The notes under the pieces were generated by a model. It was given only the letters and a program-made list of their open reading frames with translations. It was not told where the DNA came from and made no database searches. Shown piece by piece: positions 49,873 through 59,737 of a DNA stretch of 64,000 nt. The stretch is from an uncultured Holdemanella sp. (lineage in GTDB: Bacteria > Bacillota_I > Bacilli_A > Erysipelotrichales > Erysipelotrichaceae). Where the stretch lies: assembly GCF_900754615.1 (NCBI RefSeq), contig NZ_CAAEDN010000006.1; one strand, given 5' to 3'. Made by a program: the position numbers and the translations under genes. Every line of letters begins with the position of its first letter. Position 1 is the first letter of the stretch.

Positions 49873-51098
49873 GCTACTGTATCCAAAATATCCTTCATCT
49901 TTTTCGCAAGACCCTTTGTTTTTTCAATTGATAGAGAACAAATTGCCACACGAATACCTAAATTTACTTTTACCGTAAAAATATTATTTTCCATTAATGC
50001 CTCATGGAATTTATCACGCGTTTCATTATCCATAGATAAAGTCACAAAGAAACCTTCTTTATATGGATAATGTTTTAATCCCACTTCCTGAGCTTCCTTG
50101 ACAAAGATATCTCCACGTTCCTTCAATAAATTTACATAGTGTAATCTTTCTTTATCATAATCTGCTTTGTGGTTATCTAGTACATCCACAAATGTTGCCA
50201 TTGCCCCATTATTGATGTTTGACCAAGTTGCACGTGCATCCTTTTCAAAGACAGTTTTCACTTGTCGGACCGCCTCTTTTTCTTGACCTAGAACAATGGC
50301 AGCCCCACAACGAAGTCCATAACTTGTCATAGATTTTGATAAACTAAACGCAACAATAACGACAAAATTCTTTTCAATTTGATCAAATTGTGCAAAATAT
50401 TCTTTTGCCTTTTCTTGTCTTGAAGAGAAATCAATATACGCAATGTCATTCAACAATACTACGGCATGTGTCTTTGAACATTCATTTAAAAATGCGATTA
50501 CCTCTTTCCATTCGTCTTCGCTTAAAGAATAACCTGTCGGATTATGACAAGGATCATTGATCACAATGACTAAACGATTCTGTTTTTCCATCACATGAGT
50601 ACATGCGGATTTGAAAGAATTCAAATTAAAATGATCTCCTTCGAACAAGCTATATTTTTCCACATTTAAATTGTGCATCTGTGCCATTAATGCATAAGAA
50701 CCCCAGGCGATTTCTGGCAAAACAACTGTCTGGCCCTCATCTAAACATTCCTGTAAAGTCATCCCTACAGCACCTGTTCCTCCAGGTGTTGCGATCACTT
50801 CATGTTCTAAATGAGAATTTCCATTCAATACCCAGTCATATACTTTTTGTCTAAAATCTGGATTTCCTGTAAAACTAGCCGCATACGCTGCCAAAACCTT
50901 ATTATCTAATTTTTTTAATGAACTAAATACACTATCTAATGCAACCAAAGTTCCCTCTTCATCATATAAAGAGCCAATTGTCGCATCCACAACATTTTCA
51001 GCTCCAACTTTAGCTTTTGCCTCTTTTGCCTTGGCAACAATAGAAAATACAGTATCTACGATTGGTGTTTGATTTACACTTTCTTTTACAAAATTCAT
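49869..51098 (-). CDS. Class I/II PLP-dependent aminotransferase
   Basis: PGGTGA, NDPCHNPTG, DIAY, SLSKSMTSYGLRCG. Confidence 0.88.
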   Translation of the reverse strand: MNFVKESVNQTPIVDTVFSIVAKAKEAKAKVGAENVVDATIGSLYDEEGTLVALDSVFSSLKKLDNKVLAAYAASFTGNPDFRQKVYDWVLNGNSHLEHEVIATPGGTGAVGMTLQECLDEGQTVVLPEIAWGSYALMAQMHNLNVEKYSLFEGDHFNLNSFKSACTHVMEKQNRLVIVINDPCHNPTGYSLSEDEWKEVIAFLNECSKTHAVVLLNDIAYIDFSSRQEKAKEYFAQFDQIEKNFVVIVAFSLSKSMTSYGLRCGAAIVLGQEKEAVRQVKTVFEKDARATWSNINNGAMATFVDVLDNHKADYDKERLHYVNLLKERGDIFVKEAQEVGLKHYPYKEGFFVTLSMDNETRDKFHEALMENNIFTVKVNLGIRVAICSLSIEKTKGLAKKMKDILDTVA

Positions 51099-52174
51099 TA
51101 TTCTTTTTCCTCCTTTAAAGTATATGCACCCAATACTTTTACACTTTCACATACAGTCTGAATTTGACAAATACAATCATTTGCCTTTGCCATATCTCCT
51201 TCAATTTCCACAAAAAAGAAATATTCAAAAGGTTTATTTTTCATTGGACGAGATTGAATACTTTCCATATTCAATCCATTCTTGGCAATACAGTCAATGA
51301 TTTTAGCTAATGCTCCACTTTCATGTTTAACAGACAAAACCATACTAAATCGATTTCCTTCTGTTTTTGGTTTTAATCCAATGACCAAAAAGCGAGTGGT
51401 ATTTGATGCATTTTCCTGAATGTTTGTAGCCAATACCTTTAATCCATACAATTCTGCATTTTCCTTAGCTCCAATAGCCGCCTTATGAACATCTTTCTGT
51501 GCTGAAATATATTGAGCTGCCATTGCCGTATTTGGATAAGCTACCGTTTGTACATTTAATTCCTTCAAGAATTCTTTAGACTGTGAAAGCGCCTGATCTT
51601 TAGAATAAACCCATTCTACATCCTTTAATGTACTGCCAGGAATTCCAAGTAAACATTGTTCAATCTTTTGATCATAAATAGATTGAATATATACAGGATA
51701 TTCCATTAATAAATCTAAAACTTCACCAACTAGACCTGAATTCGTATTTTCAAAAGGAATTACACCATATTGTACATCCGAATGTACAATCATTTGAAAA
51801 ACTTCTTCAAAACTAGAAACTCCTACCTTCGGATTGGAAGGAAATAGCTTTTCACTGACCATATGTCCAAAAGCGCCTTCAACCCCACAATATCCAACTT
51901 TATCATGAGACTGCAACGTTCTTTGATAGGCCTTCGATTCTTTCATAATGAACTTTATAAAAGACTCATAATATTCTTTATAATCCGGATTCTGAATAAA
52001 CTGCAGATTCTTTTCTATTACAGCCTGCTCTCTACCTGAATCTAGAATTGGTAAATCATTTTCTATTTTATACGCAATCACATCTTTAACTGCATCCAAT
52101 CGTGATTCATAAAGCTTCGCCATTTCACGATCAATCGCATCAATTTGTGCTCTTGCTTGTTCTAACTTATTCAT
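51098..52174 (-). CDS. pheA: Chorismate mutase / prephenate dehydratase
   Basis: N-terminal CM domain; PFENT, NTTRF, ACT domain IQSRP. Confidence 0.9.
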   Translation of the reverse strand: MNKLEQARAQIDAIDREMAKLYESRLDAVKDVIAYKIENDLPILDSGREQAVIEKNLQFIQNPDYKEYYESFIKFIMKESKAYQRTLQSHDKVGYCGVEGAFGHMVSEKLFPSNPKVGVSSFEEVFQMIVHSDVQYGVIPFENTNSGLVGEVLDLLMEYPVYIQSIYDQKIEQCLLGIPGSTLKDVEWVYSKDQALSQSKEFLKELNVQTVAYPNTAMAAQYISAQKDVHKAAIGAKENAELYGLKVLATNIQENASNTTRFLVIGLKPKTEGNRFSMVLSVKHESGALAKIIDCIAKNGLNMESIQSRPMKNKPFEYFFFVEIEGDMAKANDCICQIQTVCESVKVLGAYTLKEEKE

Positions 52175-52206
52175 TAGTTCACCTCGTGAATATCATACCA
52201 TAGTTT

Positions 52207-53601
52207 TCATATATTTTCTGAAAATGAATGATATAAATCATCCAACGTATAAAGAATAATAGTTGAATCATCCGTTAAATCAAAACCAGATTTCGAAAAA
52301 AAGCCATATTTATAACATGACATATTCACATTTTTTACTTGTTCAATCTCTTGATCTACAACAGCCTGTGTTATTTTAGAATTTTTATATTTGCATTCAT
52401 AAAATATATATCCCTTTTCATCTTGCGTTACTACATCAAATTCTCCGTTCATCTTATTTACAGGATCATCATAATAGTATTTTCCAATCTCAAAGAATGG
52501 AACTTCAATTCCATTTAATTTATTTTTACGAATTAAGAATTGTTGGCACATCCACTCAAACACGGACGGAACATGACTCTTATAAAAATCATCATTTATA
52601 AATCGATCAAAGAATGCATCTTCATTCATTACATTTAATTGTGAAATATATTTATAAATATATTTATAGTAAAACAATGTAAAATTATCACAAATATAGT
52701 ATCCTGCCTTTTTTTTATTTTTCTTATCATTAATAGGCGCTCTTTTTTCAACCACACCCATTTTCATCAATTTATCTAAAACATCCGAAAGAATTGGACT
52801 CGATGCAATATGTGATTTATTTAAAATATTCATAAATTTCGTATTGCCTGCAGCTAAAGTTTCAAACACTTCATTCGCATTATTTATTTTTGAGATTTCA
52901 TTTTTCAAGTACATAGGCACTTCGTTCAACAATAATCCATTTTGTGAAGCAATTAAATCAATGATATTTTCTCTTACACTTAACGATTCATTAATTAAAC
53001 GATTATAGTATGGAATACCACCAAACACACTATATAATGCTACTTTGTCTTCATTTGAAAAAGATGGATAAAATAGACTTGAATCATAATAATCCATTGG
53101 TTTTATATCTAAAATCCTTGTGAATCGACCATACAAAGGATTTTCTCGTTCAATCAAAGACTTCATTGTATCTACATAAGAACCGCATAATATTAGTTTC
53201 AAATGTGAAGTATGTAAATGTTTATCAATCACAGTTTGAAGAATACTGTCTAGCCCTTTCATGCAACTGCGTAAATATGGATATTCATCTAACACAAAAA
53301 CCATTGTTTTGTCTTTCGCATACGAAAACAGAAATTCAAACACTTCTTCCATGGATTGAAAGCCTAGGCGTGGCAAATTCAATATATCTGAAATCAATGA
53401 AGAAAGACTATCTACATTAGATAATTCTGTCGTTTGTTTCGCTTCATAATAAATATACTCTCCTTCAAAATCTTCGATGGCTTTCTTGATCAATTCTGTT
53501 TTTCCGATTCTTCTTCGCCCATATATCAATACAGATTCTTGCCGATTTGATGAAAATACGCGATTTAAAATCTTAAGCTCATTCTCTCTACCTACAAACA
53601 T
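52207..53601 (-). CDS. Archaeal-type ATPase (ATPase_2) with C-terminal DUF234-type PD-(D/E)XK domain
   Basis: MFVGRENEL, YGRRRIGKT, LDEYPY, GGIPYY, EFDVV...YECKY. Confidence 0.86.
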   Translation of the reverse strand: MFVGRENELKILNRVFSSNRQESVLIYGRRRIGKTELIKKAIEDFEGEYIYYEAKQTTELSNVDSLSSLISDILNLPRLGFQSMEEVFEFLFSYAKDKTMVFVLDEYPYLRSCMKGLDSILQTVIDKHLHTSHLKLILCGSYVDTMKSLIERENPLYGRFTRILDIKPMDYYDSSLFYPSFSNEDKVALYSVFGGIPYYNRLINESLSVRENIIDLIASQNGLLLNEVPMYLKNEISKINNANEVFETLAAGNTKFMNILNKSHIASSPILSDVLDKLMKMGVVEKRAPINDKKNKKKAGYYICDNFTLFYYKYIYKYISQLNVMNEDAFFDRFINDDFYKSHVPSVFEWMCQQFLIRKNKLNGIEVPFFEIGKYYYDDPVNKMNGEFDVVTQDEKGYIFYECKYKNSKITQAVVDQEIEQVKNVNMSCYKYGFFSKSGFDLTDDSTIILYTLDDLYHSFSENI

Positions 53602-53666
53602 AAGCCCTCCATTTTTAGTCGTTTATTTTTTACTAATATTTATCCGACTAAAAAATAGCACTAAAA

Positions 53667-53694
53667 AAGTAGAAAGTCAAATGACTTTCTACTT
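53667..53694 (-). terminator. pepF terminator
   Basis: AAGTAGAAAGTCA / TGACTTTCTACTT. Confidence 0.75.
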
Positions 53695-55461
53695 CATAAT
53701 ACTCTCAAATTCATCAATTAAAGAATCAAACAATTCAATCGCATCTTCCACTGGCTTTGGACTTGCCATATCAACACCGGCCATACGTAATAATTCGACT
53801 GGAGATTTTGTACATCCGCCTTTTAAGAAAGACAAGTAAGCATCAATATCGGCTTGTGTTCCATGAAGTAATTTTTGTGATAGAGCCATGGCAGCACTAA
53901 ATCCTGTTGCATATTGATAGACATAGAAATTCATATAGAAATGCGGAATACGAGCCCATTCCATGCTGATTTCATCATCTACGATCACATCTTCACCATA
54001 ATAAAATTTATTTAGATCTGCATAAATCTGATTCAATGTATCACTTGTCAAAACTTCGTTGTTCGCTGTCTTTTCATTGATAATCTTTTCAAATTCCGCA
54101 AACATACACTGTCTAAACAATGTTGTTCTAAATTGTTCCATAAAGTGATTGATCAAATAAGCCTGAAATTTAGGATTCGAATTTTGTTTACGTAAATAAT
54201 CCATCAATAAAGCTTCGTTACATGTGCTCGCAACTTCGGCTACAAAAATTCTATAATGACGATCTAATGGCGCTTGGTATTTTGTCGACATATAGGAATG
54301 CATCGCATGCCCCATTTCATGTGCTAAAGTAAATTCTGTATCTAAAGAATTCGCAAAGTTCATCAATACGAATGGATGAACTCTTTGACCACTTGAATAC
54401 GCACCTGAACGCTTTCCTTCATTTTCATATACATCGATCCAACGCGAATTTAATCCTCTTTCATAAACCTTGGCATATTCTGTTCCATACAATTGAACAG
54501 AATGTAAAACATCTTCTTTGGCCTGTTCAAAAGAAACTGGAACATTACATTCATTGACCATTGGTACATACAAATCGTACATATGAAGTTTTTCTTTTTT
54601 CATCACGTCTTTACGCACTCGCATATATTTATGTAAAACATGAATATTTTTGTGTACCGTTTCAATCAATTGTTCATATACTTTTGATGAAACATTATTC
54701 GCATCGACTGCACATTCTAAACTCGATGCATATTTACGTGCTGTACTATTAAATTTCAACTGATTTGTCTGTCCATTTAAGCAAGCTGCCAATGTATGAA
54801 TCATAGAACCATAGCCTGCATAGAAATTACGATATGCACTCTCACGTAAAACTTCATCTTCCTGCTCTAACATATGGATAAATGTACCTGTAGTTAAAGT
54901 GTGCTTATTTCCTTTTGAATCGATTGCATCTTCAAATTTTAAATCCGCATTATTCAACATTCCAAAAATAGAATATGGTGTATCTGCCATCATAGAACTG
55001 GATGCCATTAATTTTTCTTCACTCTCTGATAATACATGTTCTTTTAAACGACAAACCTCCTCAAGATATACACGATATCTTTCTAAGATGGGTTCAGATG
55101 CATAAAAAGATTCTAAATCTTCAATATTCATAATTTGTACATCACTAAAAGAAAGCTGAGTTGAAATTTCTACAGCTATTGAATTTGCCTTTCCTTTTAA
55201 CCCTTGATTATGTGCATTGGCAGTATCCTGATCTGATAATAATGAGGCATACCCTAAACAATCATCTAATAAACAAACTAATTTTTCGTATCCCTTTAAA
55301 AATGAAAGTAAATTTGATGCGCTATCTAATTTTCCATCATACGTAAAAAGTTCATTTCCTAATTCTTTACAAGTATTTAAGCAAGCTAAAAAAGCTTCTT
55401 CATCCTTAAATATGTCTTCTGTTTTCCAAGTGTTTTCTACTTTTTGTTCATTACGCTTCAC
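53689..55461 (-). CDS. pepF: Oligoendopeptidase F (M3B)
   Basis: GKRSGAYS, AHEMGHAMHS, AEVAS, WARIPHFY; GTG start after GGAGG. Confidence 0.93.
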   Translation of the reverse strand: MKRNEQKVENTWKTEDIFKDEEAFLACLNTCKELGNELFTYDGKLDSASNLLSFLKGYEKLVCLLDDCLGYASLLSDQDTANAHNQGLKGKANSIAVEISTQLSFSDVQIMNIEDLESFYASEPILERYRVYLEEVCRLKEHVLSESEEKLMASSSMMADTPYSIFGMLNNADLKFEDAIDSKGNKHTLTTGTFIHMLEQEDEVLRESAYRNFYAGYGSMIHTLAACLNGQTNQLKFNSTARKYASSLECAVDANNVSSKVYEQLIETVHKNIHVLHKYMRVRKDVMKKEKLHMYDLYVPMVNECNVPVSFEQAKEDVLHSVQLYGTEYAKVYERGLNSRWIDVYENEGKRSGAYSSGQRVHPFVLMNFANSLDTEFTLAHEMGHAMHSYMSTKYQAPLDRHYRIFVAEVASTCNEALLMDYLRKQNSNPKFQAYLINHFMEQFRTTLFRQCMFAEFEKIINEKTANNEVLTSDTLNQIYADLNKFYYGEDVIVDDEISMEWARIPHFYMNFYVYQYATGFSAAMALSQKLLHGTQADIDAYLSFLKGGCTKSPVELLRMAGVDMASPKPVEDAIELFDSLIDEFESIMK

Positions 55462-55560
55462 AATAAACAACCTCCGTTAACACGTCTATTGTAGCACAAT
55501 ATAATACAAATTAACTAAGTTACAAATTACTAAGTTATGGCTGAGTATTTTTTCTTTATA

Positions 55561-55583
55561 AAAAAAGGCGGAACCCCCGCCTT
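55561..55583 (-). terminator. Terminator after cutC
   Basis: AAGGCGG / CCGCCTT with a T-run on the minus strand. Confidence 0.7.
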
Positions 55584-56325
55584 ACTTAATACTATCAACT
55601 AATTTCTTAACTAACTCCACATCAACTACATCATAATCATTTTCATGTGAACTTTCTAAGTAACTATAAGATATCCCATTCTTTGCCGTAGTCACATCTG
55701 TCTTATAGTTCTTACAAGAAGAATGCACCTGATATACCCCTGTATAATTCATCATAATTTTCGCATTTTCTGCATTCATTCCACTACCAGGGAGAATCTG
55801 GATTTTTTTTCCATACTGATTGTTCAATACTTTGATCAAATCAATTCCTTCCATAGCTTTTGGTTTTTGTCCACTTGTAAGAATTCGATCGACACCTAAA
55901 TCAATTAAAGTTTCAATGGCTTCAAACGCATCCGGTGTTACATCAAAAGCTCTATGGAACACAGCTTCCCGTTGATAGGAATGAATTAAACCTACCATTT
56001 TTTTCGTATATTCTTTATGAATTGTTCCATCTTCCTGCAAGAAGCCAAATGAGATACCGTCCGCTCCATTCTCCAAAAGAATCTTAGCATCTTCAAGCAT
56101 GATTTCTACATCTGCTTTTTCATAACAGAAACCAGCCCCACGCGGACGTACCATACAAATCACAGATAAATCTGTTTCCTTTTTAACACGTACCAAACTA
56201 GCTATACTAGGTGTAAGCCCACCAACACTTAAGGCACTATTTAATTCAACTCTTTTCGCTTTTCCATTATATGCCGCAATACAATCTTGATAACTGCCTG
56301 CACATACTTCAATCATTCTCTCCAT
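55582..56325 (-). CDS. cutC: CutC-family protein
   Basis: IEVCA, RVELN, GGLTPS, MVRPRG, FHRAFD, RILTSG. Confidence 0.92.
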   Translation of the reverse strand: MERMIEVCAGSYQDCIAAYNGKAKRVELNSALSVGGLTPSIASLVRVKKETDLSVICMVRPRGAGFCYEKADVEIMLEDAKILLENGADGISFGFLQEDGTIHKEYTKKMVGLIHSYQREAVFHRAFDVTPDAFEAIETLIDLGVDRILTSGQKPKAMEGIDLIKVLNNQYGKKIQILPGSGMNAENAKIMMNYTGVYQVHSSCKNYKTDVTTAKNGISYSYLESSHENDYDVVDVELVKKLVDSIK

Positions 56326-57430
56326 TTGCCAACCTCACTATACTTAATGCATATATTTTCGCATTTAAAATCAAATCATTGCGATCCATCCATTCATTCG
56401 GATTGTGCCCAATGCCCCTTTGCCCAGGAAAACTAGGTCCAAAAGGAACTATGTTTGGCATGATTTTCGCATACGTTCCTCCCGTAGTTGTAACGGGTGT
56501 GCCGTCTGTTCCTGTTATATCTTCATAAGCAGATTGAAGTGTCTTACATAAGAAACCATTCTTATCAAAAAACACTGGATCATAATTATGTATACATTCT
56601 AAATGTAATTCTTTACTTAATTTTGATTTGATTGCTTCTTTTATTGTATCATTACTCATACTTGCAGGATAGCTAAATGAGAAATCAAAGCCTAGCTTTT
56701 CATCCAAATCCACCAATCGCTTATTATTTAACTGCATCTTTCCAAATTCAGGATCATCAATATCCAGTCCCAACTTATTCGCAAAACCATTATCCGATAA
56801 AATATAATCATTAATAAATTGATTGAACACTGTCTTATTTTCAATATCTGTACTCACACGATAGGCACTTCTTCCTCTTTCTGCATATACCACAGGATAT
56901 TTACAATCGGGTGTCCAACCCATAATAGGTGGTTTCCTTACTTCAAGAAAATGCTTTAAATCATTAAATCCAGTTTCTTCGTTTGTGCCAAATAATATAT
57001 AAACCGGATATTTCAATTCTATACCCAATTCTTTTATGGCATACAATGCATATAGACAAGACAGAGTAGGACCTTTATTGTCTAAGATACCTCTTGAATA
57101 AATTCTTCCATTTTCATCTTCATAAGCTGAGAATGGCGCATAATTCCATCCTTCTCCTACAGGCACAACATCTAAATGTCCCATAATACCAATATAATCT
57201 TCACCTGTACCATATTTGGCAATACCTACCATATGATCGACATTTTCTGTTTCAAAGCCCAATTCGCAAGCTAATTTCAAAGTTTCTTCTAAAGCTGTAT
57301 TTATTCCTTCTCCAAAAGGCATGCCAGGCTTAGCTTCTCTTTGAACACTATCAATTTGAACAATTCTTTTGATTCCTGAAATCATCTCATCGCTGATTTC
57401 GTCAATTTTCTTTAGTAATGTATCTTCCAT
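56309..57430 (-). CDS. M20/Sapep-family dipeptidase
   Basis: GHLDVVP, SRGILDNKGP, NEETG, GGTYAK. Confidence 0.88.
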   Translation of the reverse strand: MEDTLLKKIDEISDEMISGIKRIVQIDSVQREAKPGMPFGEGINTALEETLKLACELGFETENVDHMVGIAKYGTGEDYIGIMGHLDVVPVGEGWNYAPFSAYEDENGRIYSRGILDNKGPTLSCLYALYAIKELGIELKYPVYILFGTNEETGFNDLKHFLEVRKPPIMGWTPDCKYPVVYAERGRSAYRVSTDIENKTVFNQFINDYILSDNGFANKLGLDIDDPEFGKMQLNNKRLVDLDEKLGFDFSFSYPASMSNDTIKEAIKSKLSKELHLECIHNYDPVFFDKNGFLCKTLQSAYEDITGTDGTPVTTTGGTYAKIMPNIVPFGPSFPGQRGIGHNPNEWMDRNDLILNAKIYALSIVRLANGEND

Positions 57431-57431
57431 C

Positions 57432-58391
57432 TTATTTCCTTACCAATGGAGCTAGACGTGTTTTCATATAGTTATCCATCCATTCTTTACTCGCAACTTC
57501 AAATGTGCATTTACCTTGTTCATCATGATTCACTAAATATACTGTGGGGCCTTGTGTTTGAGTAGCTACCACAAAACTAAAACCTTCAATATTTGTAGCA
57601 CATCCCCATTCACCTTTATTATTCATCGCAATCATAGACATATCTCCTGCTTTCCCTCTTCTTCGTTTTAATTCCAAATCAAAATCATGTACGGCTTTTT
57701 CACACGCCTCTTGCGGATGCATACCTTCTTTCATTAAGCGAACAATTTCATAAGAAACACAGCCCTTCATAACATCTTCACCTAAACCTGTAGCACTCGC
57801 TCCGCCGACAAAGGAGTCCACATAGAAACCAGATCCACATACAGGGGAATCTCCTAATCGTCCTGGATGCTTCATAAACAATCCTGATGTACTTGTTGCA
57901 CTTGTCATATGTCCATAGGAATCTAGACAAACCATACCAACCGTATCATGTCCAGAATATGGCTTTAATTCTGTATTCATAATTTCCTTTGTACGATTGT
58001 GATAATGAATTTTAGCACGATCTGTAAGCATTGTTTTTCTTTCAAAGCCATGTCTTGAAGCATATTTCTCAGCTCCTTGACCTACTAAGAAATTATTGGC
58101 ATCATAGTGCATTAAACTTCGCGCAATACTAACTGGATTCGCAAAATCCTTAATGCCGCCTACACAGCCAAACTCCAATGTATCCCCATCCATAAAGGCC
58201 GCATCCAATTCCACTTCCATTTCTTCATTTGGAAGTCCTCCATAGCCTACGCTTTTATAGTATTCAAAATCTTCCACGGCTTTGATTGCCTCTTCAATTG
58301 AATCCGCTGCACTCTCTTTTCTTTTTAACATAGAATCTGCCTTTTGAATTCCTTCTAAAGCCATTCTCCATGTTGCGATAATTCCGTACAT
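57432..58391 (-). CDS. N(4)-(beta-N-acetylglucosaminyl)-L-asparaginase (Ntn hydrolase)
   Basis: SVGYGG, HDTVG autoproteolysis site, GRLGDSP, ATGLGE. Confidence 0.88.
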   Translation of the reverse strand: MYGIIATWRMALEGIQKADSMLKRKESAADSIEEAIKAVEDFEYYKSVGYGGLPNEEMEVELDAAFMDGDTLEFGCVGGIKDFANPVSIARSLMHYDANNFLVGQGAEKYASRHGFERKTMLTDRAKIHYHNRTKEIMNTELKPYSGHDTVGMVCLDSYGHMTSATSTSGLFMKHPGRLGDSPVCGSGFYVDSFVGGASATGLGEDVMKGCVSYEIVRLMKEGMHPQEACEKAVHDFDLELKRRRGKAGDMSMIAMNNKGEWGCATNIEGFSFVVATQTQGPTVYLVNHDEQGKCTFEVASKEWMDNYMKTRLAPLVRK

Positions 58392-58403
58392 ATTTAAATC
58401 TCC

Positions 58404-59087
58404 TCATTTCGTTAAATCAAAACTATGTTGTATAAGTTCCATTACTTTTTCATCCCTTATTGTTTCATCTAATACAATAGATATCCACATTTTATGATTC
58501 ATATGAAAGGCCGGATAAATACCATCTATTTTTTGAAGTTCTTCTCTTTTAGAAGGATCTATCTTTACATTCATAATATTTAACATTTGACTATCCCCAT
58601 TTTTTAATAGAGCATCCCATTTCACATACATAATGAGTGAAAACCATTTATTGTTATGAAAATGACGAAACACACCATTGTCATCATTCCATGGAAAATC
58701 TGGTTTTACCCCATAACTTTTATTAATTAGATTCGTAATGCGATTGGCCTGATTACACGCAAAGAATACATCTGTACAACATGCATCCGCAATTCTTTTT
58801 AATATATTTTTATAAGCTTCACGAACTTTGCAGACATACTCTCCATCAAAAGATTCTATGCGTAATGGCATATATTCTTCATTACTAGAATTATCGATAA
58901 CCTCTCCCGTTATAGCACCTAAACTAGATACACATAGAATGGCTTTAAAATTTTCATTCATAAAGTCTTCACTATATACATATTTATCATCTTCAAAAGA
59001 AAAACCAATTGTTTTAAGTTTCTCAAAATCAAATTTCTTCTTTAAAAAGATTTCATCTTCAATATGTATCATAATGTATCTTCCCAT
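58404..59087 (-). CDS. MmcQ/YjbR-family protein
   Basis: PDFPW, KWF, PAFHMNHKMWISI. Confidence 0.8.
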   Translation of the reverse strand: MGRYIMIHIEDEIFLKKKFDFEKLKTIGFSFEDDKYVYSEDFMNENFKAILCVSSLGAITGEVIDNSSNEEYMPLRIESFDGEYVCKVREAYKNILKRIADACCTDVFFACNQANRITNLINKSYGVKPDFPWNDDNGVFRHFHNNKWFSLIMYVKWDALLKNGDSQMLNIMNVKIDPSKREELQKIDGIYPAFHMNHKMWISIVLDETIRDEKVMELIQHSFDLTK

Positions 59088-59731
59088 TCAAAATTCGATT
59101 TGTCTGCTCCAAGTTCAAAAAAATATTTCCCTATGCCTAAATCTACCTGAGAGAAAGCTCCATTTTTAACTTTAAAACTCACTTTATTTCCCACACCATC
59201 TACTATATACGGCTGTCTATTTAATGCACTTGGTGCTAAAAGCAATGCTTTAATTCCAGACTTAAACCAATCTGGAGCCTTTCCTTGGTAATGACTGATT
59301 TGATCTGGTCTTTTTGATTTATGTGGAACGCCTTGCGTCTTTCCATAGCCAATCGCGATGACTCCATTCACTCTTACAGTTTTATCATCTAAATGTTTAA
59401 GAGCATTCTTGCCATTAAACATACCTCCACACCACCATGTATTTAGTCCAAGGCCTTGGACATACAAAATCAAGTCAGCATCACAATAGCCTATTTTTTC
59501 ATCTAAATCTGAACTATCTTTTCCAGCTAAAATGATATAGTTTTGTACACTATTATTTGACATAAGTCTTGCCAAACTAGAAAGTCCATCTGAGTTATTG
59601 GTAACAAGTTTAAATGTTAAATCATACAATTTGTTAATTTGTTCAATACAATCATTCAATAAGCCAATTAAATCCATATCTAATGGTTTATCTAAATATT
59701 TACGTACTGTGTGTCTTTTTTCAATCATCAT
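59069..59731 (-). CDS. Nitroreductase-family protein
   Basis: RHTVRKY, GLNTWW, APSALNRQP, DLGI. Confidence 0.85.
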   Translation of the reverse strand: MMIEKRHTVRKYLDKPLDMDLIGLLNDCIEQINKLYDLTFKLVTNNSDGLSSLARLMSNNSVQNYIILAGKDSSDLDEKIGYCDADLILYVQGLGLNTWWCGGMFNGKNALKHLDDKTVRVNGVIAIGYGKTQGVPHKSKRPDQISHYQGKAPDWFKSGIKALLLAPSALNRQPYIVDGVGNKVSFKVKNGAFSQVDLGIGKYFFELGADKSNFEWEDTL

Positions 59732-59737
59732 TTTCTC

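Noticed and set aside
55505..55537. Tandem TACAAATT(A)ACTAAGT duplication upstream of pepF
   Set aside because: Only two AT-rich copies; could be an operator but support is insufficient
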